This document shows, piece by piece, positions 41,258 through 55,035 of a DNA stretch of 64,000 nt (its first letter is position 1; every line of letters starts with the position of its first letter). The notes under the pieces are model-generated. The model saw only the letters and a program-made list of their open reading frames with translations, ran no database searches and was not told the DNA's origin. The position numbers and the translations under genes are program-made. This stretch comes from Eledone cirrhosa (Eukaryota), in contig OZ024763.1 in the NCBI GenBank assembly GCA_964016885.1, positions 22,444,001-22,508,000 of the forward strand, written 5' to 3'.

Positions 41258-41266
41258 TTGTATACG

Positions 41267-41321
<55 letters not shown>

Positions 41322-41412
41322 ATATATATTTATATATATATCGATCTATCTGTGTGTCTATCAATTCATCTCTCTATATATATATATATCGATCTATGTA
41401 TCTATATCAATA

Positions 41413-41564
<152 letters not shown>

Positions 41565-41828
41565 CACACGCACACCTATTTTTTGTTAATTCAAATTTAT
41601 TATATTTTACTAGTGGGCAAATTCTTGTAAAAAGGTTTCAAAATTAAAGTACCGACGACTATTTTGATATGACACCGTAAATATAGTCCTGTTGTGATCA
41701 GCTTGCTAAAAATACCAGCTAAATGTCCCTCAATACACGCGCTACTGTCATAACAAAGGACACAATGCCTGGAATCAAAACAAAACAAAGTGAGCACTCT
41801 GTGTATGTTATGTCATTAGGTAAATAGA

Positions 41829-41915
41829 AGTCTGATGAGCTTTTGATTCCAGAGTCGGGGCCTGATCGATAGAGATCAAACCTTGAGCTGATCAATCGCG
41901 AAACTCTCGTCACAC
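41829..41915 (+). ncRNA. Hammerhead with extended stem II
   Basis: CTGATGA-GC-[insert]-GC-GAAAC-TCTC-GTC/ACAC, then AATAAA; stem I weak. Confidence 0.65.
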
Positions 41916-41991
41916 CTGAATAAATTTAATGAAAATTTGACATACTTAAATATATGTACACACACACACATATATATATATATACATATAT

Positions 41992-42088
41992 ATGGGTGTC
42001 CTTCAAAAATGTATATACAGTTTGATTACCTGTACAGGCAATATGTATTAGAATGCTGTTGAAGTGTGTATACAGTTTTTAGGACAAC

Positions 42089-42092
<4 letters not shown>
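41992..42092. mobile_element. Tc1/mariner-type MITE, about 100 bp
   Basis: Degenerate TIRs gggtgtcc..aaaa / ttttaggacaacctg-ta. Confidence 0.55.
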
Positions 42093-42154
<62 letters not shown>

Positions 42155-42294
42155 CTCTAATCTATCGGTAGTCTTATTACACTCTACTAACCTGCTGTTA
42201 CACCGTGTATATATATATATATATATATACACATGCTCATACACAGGTATTCCTGTTAAGAGGACGTGGTGGCAAGACTGCCTGCCTGTATTAA

Positions 42295-42810
42295 TCGATG
42301 ATGGAGGTGGTGGTGATCTGGTTGTGAGACAAGGTTGTTTGTATTGATCGAATGTCTGGTGGTGGTGGTGATGATGATGATAGATGTGATTGGATTGTTA
42401 TGATGGTGGTGATGGGGATGATGATGGTGTATGAAGGTGATGATGATGGATGTGATGATGGTGGTGGTGGTGGTGGTGATTGTTGTGGTGAAGGTGATGC
42501 ATGTGATGATAGTGATGTTGGTGGTGATGGTAGTGACTGTTGTGATGACTGTGATGGTATTGATGGTGGTGGTGGTGGCGATGATGGTGATCGTGGTGGT
42601 AATGATGATGATAGTGATGGTGGTAGTGATTGTGATGATGATGATGGTAGATGTAATGGCATTGATTGTGGTGGCGATGGTGATGATGGTGGATGTGATA
42701 GTATTGATTGTGGTGGCGATGGTGATGATGGTATTGATTGTGGTGGTGATGGGGATGCAGTGACAAAAGACAGCAGTAGTTAGCTATGCGATGGTGGTAG
42801 TGGTGGTTGT
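42295..42810. repeat. (GAT/GGT)n low-complexity repeat
   Basis: Direct reading. Confidence 0.9.
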
Positions 42811-42862
42811 GTTAAGGGGGCAGTGAGATGGCACATATCTCGAGTTGTTGTCGTATGTGTCA

Positions 42863-42925
<63 letters not shown>

Positions 42926-43043
42926 GGGGAAATGCTAACGAGGGGGAAGTGGGAGTGAATTTAGTTATGCCTTTGTTGTTGTTATTGTTATTTGAACATG
43001 GAATCTAATTGTGTTGCTTCTCTCTCATACCCGTGTGTTTGTA

Positions 43044-43106
<63 letters not shown>

Positions 43107-43112
43107 ATGTAT

Positions 43113-43268
43113 GCGAGTTCCGGGTCCAATCGGGGGTAACCACAGTAAGGTACTCAATACGTTCGTAGAGTGTAAACATCATGTTTAATATAGAAATGGC
43201 TCCTACAGGACTAGAACTGTTTAATTCGAAAGAAATCATCAGGGCTTTCCTGATGATTTCTATATTAA
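43113..43268 (-). mobile_element. Short HHR element (CTGTAGAAGC family), GAAA>TAAA, with terminal snap-back
   Basis: HHR at 43199-43245; agaaatcatcagg-gcttt-cctgatgatttct hairpin. Confidence 0.7.
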
Positions 43269-43274
43269 ATTTGT

Positions 43275-43312
<38 letters not shown>

Positions 43313-44052
43313 GTGGCGGACTGGCCAGGTTGCCAGCTTGCTCAATGGCAATTGGGCCACAGGGCCCACGGTAGCATTGCAAGGTCCCCTTTGCTTTGCT
43401 TTAAAAAAAAGGGGGAAAGAATAAAATAAAAAAATAAAACAATTAAGCAAAGCATTTGTTCAACCAATTCCCCAGAGAATTACTAGAAACCAAAATATAC
43501 GATAGTGCAAATAGCTGGAATCAGTGGTTGTACATTCTACTCAATCTAAAGCTTAGAAGTCGACCTTAAGTAGGAGCAATAACATTAGGAAAGACATGAA
43601 CGACACCACATCACTTTGTTCTGAAAACTTTGAAAGTAGGTTTATAAATATGAATTTTCAAACGATTTTCGTAGTTGTTTCTGTGGCCTGGTGGTAGGTA
43701 GTAGAGACAGTGGAGATCCTGGCCTTGGGTTCAATCCTGGTCAAGAGGTACATGTAAACTTTTTCAGTTTTTATTTTACAACCAATAGAAAAAAACTGAA
43801 AAGGTTTACCGGGAACCCTACTCCCGACCAGGATTGAACTTCTGACCAGGATCACCACCGTCTATGAATCCTCCAACTAGGCCACGGAAGTATAATGAAA
43901 ATTGATAATTATAAACCTACTTTCAAAGTTAAAAAGATGTGCTGTCATTCATGGCTTTCCTAGAGCTATTAGTAATATTTAGGGTCGACTTCTGGTCATT
44001 ATTGAAAGTCTCTGGATTTCACAAAATACATATTATTTTTTATTGGACAAAG

Positions 44053-44232
44053 TTGGCAGTATCGGTAGAGAGTCGGACGCTATGCTTTGAAGCATAGTTA
44101 CGTCCCTTTATGATCTGAGTTCAAATCCCGCCGAGGTTGACTTTGCCTTTCATCCTTACGGGGTCGATAAAATAAAGTACCAGTAATGTACTGGGTAATT
44201 GCTGGCCTTGTGCCTAAAATAGAAACAATTAT
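44053..44232 (+). mobile_element. SINE (same family as 39150)
   Basis: ttggcagtatcggtagag...gagttcaaatccc...core and tail. Confidence 0.85.
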
Positions 44233-44419
44233 TACAATCGTTTAACAGTGGTTACAGGACAAATGTGGCCCTGTGCTTGTTAAGTTATGAGGCATACCCT
44301 GAAGGAGGTAATTCACCGTAAAAGATTTTTAGGGACAGGAAGACTACCCCTACCCTACACGGGGGCCTGTGTTTAAGCACACCTAAGCACAATGCTGCTA
44401 AATCTGACATTGCCAGCAA

Positions 44420-45025
44420 CAAGCAGAGACCTTTGTAGTAGTCGTATAAAGACAGAGGGAGGATATAAACCTGTGTGGGTAGATAGAGGTTCGGGTGGGA
44501 GTACCAACGAGCAGAGACCATAGTAGGTGCGGTATAAGGACGAGAAGGAGGTTATAGAACCTGTGTAGGTAGACTGAAGCTCGGGGTGGAAGTACCAACG
44601 AGTAGAGACCATTGTTGTAGCGGGATAAGGACAAAAGGAGGGTATAGAACGTATGTGGGTAGACAGTGGTTCGGGTGGAAGTACCAACGAGCAGAGACCT
44701 TCGTAGTAGTGGGATGAGAGACAAAAGGAGGATAGAGGTCATATGTGAGTAGATAGCGGCTGGGTGGAAGTACCAACGAGTATAGGCCATTGTAGTAGCG
44801 GGATAAGAAGGAGGGTACAGGACATATGTGGGTAGACTGAGGCTCGGGTGGAAGTACCAAAGAGCAGAGACTATTGTAGTAGCGGTATAAGGACAGAAGG
44901 AGGGTACAAAACGTGAGTGGGTAGACTGCAGCTCGGGTGGAAGTACCAACGAACAGAGACCATTGTAGTAGCAGTTTAAGGACAGAAGGGTGATATAGAA
45001 CCTGGGTAGGTAGACTGAGGCTGGG
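44420..45025. repeat. Minisatellite, about 83-90 bp unit, about 7 copies
   Basis: gtaccaa anchor near 44501, 44592, 44681, 44770, 44854 and 44943. Confidence 0.9.
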
Positions 45026-45668
45026 GGTTGTCAGAGAATTACTTTATATTGATTAGGAAACTGGCTTACTTTCCGGATGTAGTTTTGAGTTGAGTTGTCT
45101 TAGAATTTAAAACACTAAAGTAAGTTTTTAACCCCCCCCTCCTCTCTTCCTTCCCCTCCTCCTTACTTCTTCAAACTTGAGTGGGTGTATACAGCTAAAT
45201 CCTATTTTAAGTACCTTATCTCAATATACTAAGCTCAGTGTATATATACATACATACACACATATATAAATACACACGTATACCTACTTAGATACCAATG
45301 TACATGCATACATAGATACTAGCGTGTATACATATATATATATATATATACATACACATATATATAAATATACTCACATACATAAATACACACGTATACA
45401 TACAGAGGTATCAGTGGGTATACATATATACATACATACACGCAGACACACATACATAAATACACACGTATGCCTACACAGATACCAATGTTTACATACA
45501 TATATACATACACGCACACACATACACATACATAAACAAACACATATACATGCATACATACACACAGAAACACACACATACATAGATACCTGTGTACATA
45601 CATACATACACAAACATACAAACATACATACGTACATACATACACATACAAACATACCGGTGTTTATA

Positions 45669-45760
45669 CAGGGTGTCCCCCCTCAAAAAAAAAAAAAAAT
45701 TATACACAATATTTATTAGAATGATATTGATGTGTGTATACGTTTTTGGGGGACACCCTG
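45669..45760. mobile_element. Tc1/mariner-type MITE
   Basis: TA-CAGGGTGTCCCCC...GGGGGACACCCTG-TA. Confidence 0.75.
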
Positions 45761-45811
45761 TATATACACATATACATATATACATGCATGTATATTTCAC
45801 ACTGATATAAC

Positions 45812-45846
<35 letters not shown>

Positions 45847-46143
45847 TTATATGTATATTCCACACTCTAATATAACTACACATACATATATATACACATA
45901 TTTAAATACACATGTTTCACACTCTGATATACCCACACATACATATATATATATATATATACATATACACCTTTGATGAGTTGTAGTGCACCTGAGCACT
46001 GTACACAATAATTTTCACTATTATTATTATTATTATTATATATATACTCCACACTCTCATATACACATATACATATATACACACATATATACTTCACACT
46101 CTCATTTACACATACACATATATACACATATATATACTTTACA

Positions 46144-46208
<65 letters not shown>

Positions 46209-46297
46209 CACACACACATATATATTTCACATCTGATATACACATACATATATACACACATATATACGCCACACTCTGATTTACACATACACACGTG

Positions 46298-46358
<61 letters not shown>

Positions 46359-46471
46359 CTGTATATTTCACATCTGATATACACATATATATACACACAT
46401 ATATACGTCACACTCTGATATACACATACACACATATATATACACACATATATATACACACACACACACAC

Positions 46472-46545
<74 letters not shown>

Positions 46546-47119
46546 CTGTATATTTCACATCTGATATACACATACACATATATATACACACATATATATA
46601 CACACATATATACACACATATATATATATTTGTACACACACATATATATATATATATATATACATATATACGTCACACTCTGATATACACATACACACGT
46701 ACACACATATATATATATATACACATATATACGTCACACTGATATACACATACACACGTGCACACATATATATATACACACATATATACGTCACACTCTG
46801 ATATACACATACACACGTGTACACATATATACACAGATATATATGTCACACTCTGATATACACGTGCACACATATTTTCCCTGAAGCAGGTACTTTAAAC
46901 ATTCCTCTCGCCCCTTACCTTATGAAATCTAACGATAGATTTTAATCGGTTTAAGCCCCTTCAACTTCCGACCCCCAACCCTTAAAATATTGTAAGGTTA
47001 CGTTTGTTGTTACACAAAAGCAGAAATGTAAAGCTTCTTAAATTCAACGAAATCTCAGCACATTTCAAAGATTCGGTCTCTTTCCTTTGTAACATCTTAC
47101 CCCAGACACTACACCTGCT

Positions 47120-48135
47120 CTTGGTGGTCGTGTTGTTGTTGTTGTGGTGGTGGTAGTGTGGTGGTGGTGGTAGTGTGGTGGTGTTGGTAGGGTGGTGGTG
47201 GTGTTGGTGGTAGTGTGGTTGTACTGGTGTGTTTGTTGTTGGTGGTGGTGTTGTGGTTGGTGGTGGGGTGGTGGTGTTGGTCGTGGAGTTGTGGTGGTGG
47301 TAGTGTGGTTGGTGGTGGGGTGGTGTGGTGGTTTGGCGGTGTTGTGGTGGTGTTGTGGTGGTTATGTGGTTGTAGTGGTGCTGGTGTGTTTGTTGTTGGT
47401 CGTGGAGTTGTGGGGGGTACTGTGGTGGTGGTGTGGTGGGGTTGTGGTGGTGTTGTGGTTGTGTTGTTACTGTTGGTGTTGTTGTTGGTGTGGTTGGTGG
47501 TGTTGTGGTGTTCTGGTTGTGTTGGTGGTGTTGTGGTGTTGTTGTTTGTGTTGTGGTGTTGTTGTTTGTGTTGGTAGTGTTGTGGTGTTGTGGTTACTGT
47601 TGTTGATATAGATGCTACTGCTGTTACTGTTGCTGCTACTACTACTACTACTGCTGCAACTGCTGCTACTGCTACAGCTACTACTGCTACTACTACTACT
47701 ACTACTACTGCTGCTGCTACTACTACTGCTGCTACAGCTACTACTGCTACTGCTACTACTACTACTACTACTACTGCTGCTGCTACTACTGCTGCTGCTA
47801 CAGCTACTACTGCTACTGCTACTACTACTACTACTACTACTGCTGCTACTACTACTGCTGCTACTGCTACTACTGCTACTGCTGCTACTACTGTTGCTGC
47901 TACTACTACTGCTGCTACTACTACTGCTGCTACAGCTACTACTGCTACTACTACTGTTGCTGCTACTACTACTGTTGCTGCTACTACTACTGTTGCTGCT
48001 ACTACTACTGCTGCTGCTACTACTACTGCTGCTGCTACTACTACTGCTACTACTACTGCTGCTGCTACTACTACTGCTGCTGCTGCTACTACTGCTGCTG
48101 CTGCTACTACTACTGCTGCTACTGCTGCTGCTACT
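47120..48135. repeat. GT-rich (GGT/GTT)n tract followed by (CTA/CTG)n tract
   Basis: Direct reading. Confidence 0.95.
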
Positions 48136-48282
48136 TCATTACCAGCTCTTAACATCTGAAATATTATCTTCTCAGCAAAACTCTTTATCTTTAAAAAAGG
48201 GGACAGCTATCTGTTTAAATATAGGATTCCAGTTTATAATTTAGGGCCCATTTTCTTTAATAAACAAAGACCCTTACCACTT

Positions 48283-49738
48283 GTGTGGTGTAGTGAGACT
48301 ATATACCTGGTGTGGTATGGTGTGGTGTAGTGTAGTGCAGTGTGGTGTAGTGTGGTGTAGTGTAGTGTACTGCGGTGTGGTGTAGTGTAGTGTGGTGTGG
48401 CAAGGTGTGGTATAGTGTGGTGTAGTGCAGTGTGGTGTGGTGTGGCGAGGTGTGGTATAGTGTGGTGTAGTGTAGTGCAGTGTAGTGTGGTGTAGTGTAG
48501 TGTACTGTGGTGTGGTGTAGTGTAGTGTGGTGTGGTGTGGCGAGGTGTGGTATAGTGTGGTGTAGTGCAGTGTGGTGTAGTGCAGTGTGGTGTGGTGTAG
48601 TGCAGTGTAGTGTACTGTGGTGTGGTGTAGTGTGGTGTGGTATAGTGTGGTGTAGTGCAGTGTGGTGTGGTGTAGTGCAGTGTGGTGTAGTGCAGTGTGG
48701 TGTGGTATAGTGTGGTGTAGTGCAGTGTGGTGTGGTATAGTGTAGTGTGGTGTGGTGTAGTGTGGTGTGGTGTGGTATAGTGTAGTGTGGTGTGGTGTGG
48801 TATAGTGTAGTGTGGCGTGGTGTGGTATAGTGTGGTGTGGTCTGGTATAGTGTAGTGGTGTGGTGTGGTGTAGTGTACTGTGGTGTGGTGTAGTGTGGTG
48901 TGGTATAGTGTGGTGTAGTGCAGTGTGGTGTGGTATAGTGTGGTGTAGTGCAGTGTGGTGTGGTATAGTGTGGTGTAGTGCAGTGTGGTATAGTGTAGTG
49001 TGGTGTGGTGTAGTGTGGTGTGGTGTGGTATAGTGTAGTGTGGTGTGGTGTGGTATAGTGTAGTGTGGCGTGGTGTGGTATAGTGTGGTGTGGTCTGGTA
49101 TAGTGTAGTGGTGTGGTGTGGTGTAGTGTACTGTGGTGTGGTGTAGTGTGGTGTGGTATAGTGTGGTGTAGTGCAGTGTGGTGTGGTATAGTGTGGTGTA
49201 GTGCAGTGTGGTGTGGTATAGTGTAGTGTAGTGTGGTGTGGTATAGTGTAGTGTGGCGTGGTGTGGTATAGTGTGGTGTGGTCTGGTATAGTGTAGTGGT
49301 GTGGTGTGGTGTAGTGTACTGTGGTGTGGTGTAGTGTGGTGTGGTATAGTGTGGTGTAGTGCAGTGTGGTGTGGTATAGTGTGGTGTAGTGCAGTGTGGT
49401 GTGGTATAGTGTGGTGTAGTGCAGTGTGGTGTGGTATAGTGCAGTGTGGTGTGGTATATTGTGGTGTAGTGTGGTGTGGTGTAGTGTGGCGTGGTGTGGT
49501 CTGGTATAGTGTAGTGGTGTGGTGTGGTGTAGTATGGTGTGGTGTGGTGTGGTCTGGTATAGTGTGGTGTAGTGCAGTGTGGTGTGGTATAGTGTGGTGT
49601 GGTGTGGTGTAGTGTGGTGTGGTGTGGTGTGGTATAGTGTAGTGTAGTGTGGTGTGGTATAGTGTAGTGTGGTGTGGTGTGGTCTGGTATAGTGTAGTGG
49701 TGTGGTGTGGTGTAGTGTAATGCAGTGTAGTGTGGTGT
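48283..49738. repeat. Pentameric satellite (TGTGG/TGTAG/TGCAG/TATAG)n
   Basis: Direct reading. Confidence 0.95.
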
Positions 49739-49744
49739 GAGACT

Positions 49745-49830
49745 ATACCTGACTAGACACCTAGATCCATACTGTTCGTATCCAACTGTCGAAACAGCTG
49801 GAGCTCAGCCATCAGGGTCCTGCTTCTTTT
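49745..49830 (+). ncRNA. Degenerate complete hammerhead of the GAGCTCAGCC family
   Basis: CC-CTGACTA-like core, GACA..TGTC stem II, GAAACAGCTGGAGCTCAGCCATC/AGGGT. Confidence 0.5.
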
Positions 49831-49857
49831 CATATATATATATATATAAATATATAT

Positions 49858-50165
49858 AAATTGATGAGGAGAACAAACAAACATTAAACAATCCTTTAAA
49901 TAAATTAAAAAATAATTCAAATATCTCCCTGTTCATCATGCTATTACCGGCGGTTTCCACCCACAAAAAATTGGAATAGCATTGTGAACAGGGAGATATT
50001 TGAATTATTTTTTAATTTATTTAAAGGATTGTTTAATGTTTGTTTGTTCTGCTCATCAATTTTTATAGTTCTGGTTTCTCGAATTAGTACCATAGAACAA
50101 CAATTATATTATAGACACCCTATATATCTCAGTGTGTACTTAGTGCTCAATGAGATATTTACCTC

Positions 50166-50168
<3 letters not shown>
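49858..50168. repeat. Fold-back element, about 88-bp inverted arms, in (TA)n
   Basis: Arms 49858-49945 / 49975-50062. Confidence 0.85.
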
Positions 50169-50205
<37 letters not shown>

Positions 50206-50208
<3 letters not shown>

Positions 50209-50888
50209 GGAGGTGAGTTTTATTGTAGTACAATAAAGCAATGCAGATATCGGATAAGAAGCACTCTACAGTTTGTAGGACTGGAGTATACATAATATAT
50301 AAGATCAAAAGATGGTTAAATGAGTTCCATGTATTTTATTATGCGCATTTCAAAAACAAATATCATCATGCAATAACATTTGTGTTTTCATCAGATAAAA
50401 TAGGAGGACATGATATGAAGGTTAAAAACACTTGTGGATAGTACAGTTTTAAATCAACATATCGATTTAAAACATATGTTGATTTAAAACTGTACTATCC
50501 ACAAGTGTTTTTAACCTTCATATCATGTCCTCCTATTTTATCTGACGAAAACACAAATGTTATTGCATGATGATATTTGTTTTTGAAATGCGCATAATAA
50601 AATACAGGGAACTCATTTAACCATCTTTTGATCTTATATATTATATATATATATATATATAACATTTGTGTTTTCATCAGATAAAATAGGAGGACATGAT
50701 ATGAAGGTTAAAAACACTTGTGGATAGTACAGTTTTAAATCAACATATGTTTTAAATCGATATGTTGATTTAAAACTGCACTATCCACAAGTGTTTTTAA
50801 CCTTCATATCATGTCCTCCTATTTTATCTGATGAAAACACAAATGTTATTGCAGGATGATATTTGTTTTTGAAATGCGCATAATAATA
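50206..50888. mobile_element. Double-palindrome HHR element (ATGCGCAT family), three full HHRs plus one half
   Basis: HHRs at 50334-50400(-), 50536-50602(+) and 50822-50886(+); palindrome centres near 50468 and 50754. Confidence 0.9.
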
Positions 50889-50967
50889 AAACCTACTACA
50901 GTTAGTAGGCATCTCTATCAAAACACACCCCCGTCCCACCACCTCCACCCCATCCACACCGCCCCTT

Positions 50968-51490
50968 TCAATGTAAAGTTATGTTGGTCCCACAACATCC
51001 AGGCCGAAACAAATGAGATCGTGTAGGTGTCACGACAAAAAAACACACAGTCCACACTGTAAATGTGGCCGTGTAGGCAACACGGTAAAAACCTCCCAGC
51101 CCCACACTGTAAATGTGGTTGGTGTTAGGAAGGGCATCCAGCTGTAGAAAACCCGCCAGACAGTCCACGCTGTAATGTGGCCGTGTAGGCAACACGATAA
51201 AAACCTCCCAGCCCCACACTGTAAATGTGGTTGGTGTTAGGAAGGGCATCCAGCTGTAGAAAACCTGCCAGACAGTCCACGCTGTAATGTGGCCGTGTAG
51301 GCAACACGGTAAAAACCTCCCAGCCCCACACTGTAAATGTGGTTGGTGTTAGGAAGGGCATCCAACTGTAGAAAACCCGCCAGACAGTCCTATGCGAGCA
51401 AGACAACCACTCTTGCCTCAAGTGGGAAAACCCCCGTCCAAACCCATGCAAGCGTGGAACACGGACGCTAAACCTGATGATGATGATGAT
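50968..51490 (+). mobile_element. RTE-tailed SINE with internal about 112-bp triplication
   Basis: cccacactgtaaatgtggttggtgttaggaagggcatcc near 51101, 51213 and 51325; (GAT)n tail. Confidence 0.85.
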
Positions 51491-51914
51491 ATATATATAT
51501 ATGTATATATAAATGAAAAGTATAGAAATTGTTGTAGCGAGAAGCTAACAGTATTCCATAACATATAAGTGACTATAACGTCAAAATGGGAAAATAGTTA
51601 ACATAAGATACTTGTGTATATATATATATATATACACACAAGTGGAAGCTTAGTAAAATCGAAGCTTTGGCTGTGGCCAAGCTAACGACCTACAATAAGG
51701 AATGAGCAGCAAAGCACTCAATACGGTTGGCCTTAGAGTAATAACATACGTTTAGACAGCTTGACAAATTGAAAATTGCGGCAGGCAGACCTAGCCACAC
51801 AATACCAAAAACAACAAAAAAACATATATATATATATACTTGGGATAGCAGAATTTAAAAATATTAGAGATAGTCAGAGCCCAACAGCTGAGCTCTTGCC
51901 GTTTCGAGACCTTC

Positions 51915-51951
<37 letters not shown>

Positions 51952-52110
51952 AGTGTGTGTGTGTGTGTGAGTCCAGGGTTCAATTGGGGGTAACCACAGT
52001 AAGTAAAGAACTCAATCCATTAATATATTTATATATATATATATATTCTCTTTTACCTGATATTTATATATATATATATACACATATATTTTTATATATA
52101 TATATATATA

Positions 52111-52786
52111 TAGTAGAATAATCGAGTATCGAAAAATCGGCGCACGAGTTCACGATAAACAAAATTCGAGATGAGCGGCAGAGGGCTCTATAATTCAAAT
52201 AAATTAGAGCTATAACTATCGTTAAATACCGTCACACGTAGAATATGTCTACAATCAACCAAATAACCGATAAGTTCGATATGCAAGATTCGGGACACTC
52301 AGATAAATTATCAATAAATCAATAAATGAAATGAATGTAAAATGCATACCCGGACCCACTAGAGAGATGGAATATCTAGCTTCTTGGGTTTCTGTAAATC
52401 CTTAAACCGTCATCTATCAGCTCATATAAAAATATAAGACTTACAGATAGCGGGGGACTGGAGTTACTTTATCAATGAGCTTCGTCCGAATGGATGGAAA
52501 GACAAGACCCATGCTAAAAATACGCACATGGATTTCAGCAAGGGAGATAACCTTTATATCCGCAAAAATATTCGGAAAAGTGTGGCAAAAACACATATCG
52601 AATAAGAGTGCTCAATAGACATGTTAAAATAAACAGGGGCTATTCATCATTTAATAGAATCGACAAAAAATGAACAATAAAATTAACTGGTCAATAGCTA
52701 AGTCTAGAGCTAAATATAGTAGAATAATCGAGTATCGAAAAATCGGCGCACGAGTTCACGATAAACAAAATTCGAGATGAGCGGCA
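52111..52786. mobile_element. Element of about 680 bp with identical 70-bp terminal direct repeats
   Basis: tagtagaataatcgagtatcg...gagatgagcggca at 52111-52180 and 52717-52786. Confidence 0.6.
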
Positions 52787-52789
52787 CAT

Positions 52790-53129
52790 ATCATCATCAT
52801 TTCAATTTACGTCCGCTTTTCCCTGCTTGCAAGGGTGGGACGGGAACTGATTCTGGCTTGATTTCTACAGCTGGATGCCCTTCCTAACACCAACCTCATT
52901 TACAGTGAGTGCTGGGTGCTTTTTTGCCGTGGCACCTCCATGGCCACTTTGCAGTGGAATGATAGGGACCCCAGTCCCTAACATCTCATTTCTACAGCTG
53001 AGTAAACTGGAGCAATGTGAAATAAAGTGTCTTGCTCAAGGAAACAACACATCACCTGGTCTAAGAATTGAATTCACAACCTTTCGATTGCAAGGTCAAT
53101 GCTCTAACCACTAAGCCATGTGCCTCCAT
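52790..53129 (-). mobile_element. Full-length tRNA-derived SINE with RTE tail
   Basis: Reverse complement closely matches 31733-32080. Confidence 0.88.
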
Positions 53130-53166
53130 ATATTTATATATATATATATATATATACATATATTTT

Positions 53167-53221
<55 letters not shown>

Positions 53222-53309
53222 ATATCTACTCCAAAACTTGTTGAGTGCTTTATATCAGTTATAAAATATTTACTTGTTGTAACCCAACAATTTTAAATAT
53301 AACTTTTGC

Positions 53310-53419
<110 letters not shown>

Positions 53420-53446
53420 TAGACAGTTTTGAAACAGCTCACACAC

Positions 53447-53484
<38 letters not shown>

Positions 53485-53929
53485 TCATCATCATCGTTTA
53501 ACATCTATCTTCCACGTTAGCATGGGTTAGACGGGAATTGTCCCACTTGAGGCAAGCTTGTTCGGGTGACCGTGCCTTGCTCCTCGTGTGTATGTATATA
53601 CCACCATCCTAAACCTTGTTTTTAGTAACCACACAGCTCCTTTCGTTTCATAACTTTTTATACATATATATGGATGTGTGTGTATGTGTGTGTGTTATTG
53701 CCTTAAAACCTCCTTATCAATAATCTGATTAAACATTCTCTTAACCTATGACCTCAAGTTATGTGGCCTTTTTCCTTAATTACTGATGTCTTCCCTCTCT
53801 CACTCTCTCTCTTTCTCTCCTTCTCTCCTTCTTTCCTCCCCTGTCACACACCACTCTCTCTCACTCACCAACCACTTTACATAGTGTACTGGGTACATCT
53901 TATGACACAGACCTTCCATCATAGTTTCA

Positions 53930-54570
53930 TGTAAAGGTCTTTAATTTATGCTCCAGACACCAACTTCATAATAAAAATGTTAGTTTTATTACTAACTCCT
54001 TCCAAATTCTTGATTATTTAGGACTGCCAGTAATTAGAAATATGGAAATGAAAGGGTCAAAGTGTGGATTTATCTAAAATACTTCCATTATAATTTTATG
54101 TAAGAACCTTTGTTAAGTTATGTTCCAAACGCCAACTTAATAAGCAGCGACTTTCATTAGAAATATGGTAATGAAAGGGTCAAAGTGGTTATATTTATTT
54201 AAAATCCATCATAATTTTATGTAAGAACCTTGTTAAGTTATATTCCAAACACCAACAGTGTCTTTCATTAGAAATATGGTAATGAAAGGGTTAAAGTGTT
54301 TATATTTATCTAAAAAGAACTTCCTTCAAATTTTTATGTAAGAACCTTTGTTAAGTTATGTTCCAAACACAAGCTTAATAATATGAAAGTTATATTACTA
54401 ATTATAAGTGAAGTTAACCCTTTCATGACCGCATTTTTAATGAAATACACTCTATTTTAATTAATTAATGAAGAATTTTGAGTAATTTATGAAAATTATT
54501 AATTATTTCATTACCAAGATAGCAACTTAACGTAAGGTTCTTATATAAAATTATGTTGGAAGATTTTAAT
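53930..54570. repeat. Tandem repeat of about 110-120 bp with an inverted terminal copy
   Basis: ttagaaatatgg.aatgaaaggg near 54033, 54157 and 54268; inverted match near 54415-54565. Confidence 0.7.
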
Positions 54571-54741
54571 TTAAATTGCAAACCTTTAAAATAGGTTGTT
54601 TTATTTCATAGAACCAGAACTGGTTTTGGCTGGGTTGGTAACTAAAGGGTTTAGGGCTGAAACAGTTACTTGAAGGGGTTTCTTCTCTGAAGACCTTCTG
54701 CTGTCCAGCTCTCTTGAGAGTTTATTCTCTAAAGTCTAAAG

Positions 54742-55011
54742 TCTGTCTTAAGCCAGAAGGCTTATCAGGCTGGTGCTTATCCTGGTTACATGGTGTGAAG
54801 CGACTGAGAGTACAAGACTACCCCCCTGGTCCATCGCAGGGTAACCCCCTCCCCCCTTCCCAGCTATTGCTGGTACTCATTTTTAGCTGAGTATACTGGA
54901 GCCACATGAAATGAAGTGTTTTGCTTAAGAACGCAACACACAACCCAGGAATTAAACCTATGACATTATGATTGTAAGTTCAACACCTTACCACTAGGCC
55001 ACGTGCCTCCA
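54742..55011 (-). mobile_element. tRNA-derived SINE, Meta-like core with a different tail
   Basis: Minus ggaggcacgtggcctagtggtaagg...ttcttaagcaaaacactt...gctccagtatactcagct; degenerate relative at about 15015-15185. Confidence 0.75.
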
Positions 55012-55035
55012 CTCAGAGAGTTTATTATTAGTGGA

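Noticed and set aside
48283-49738. Telomeric repeat
   Set aside because: Degenerate TGTGG/TGTAG pentamer, not TTAGGG-type, and interstitial
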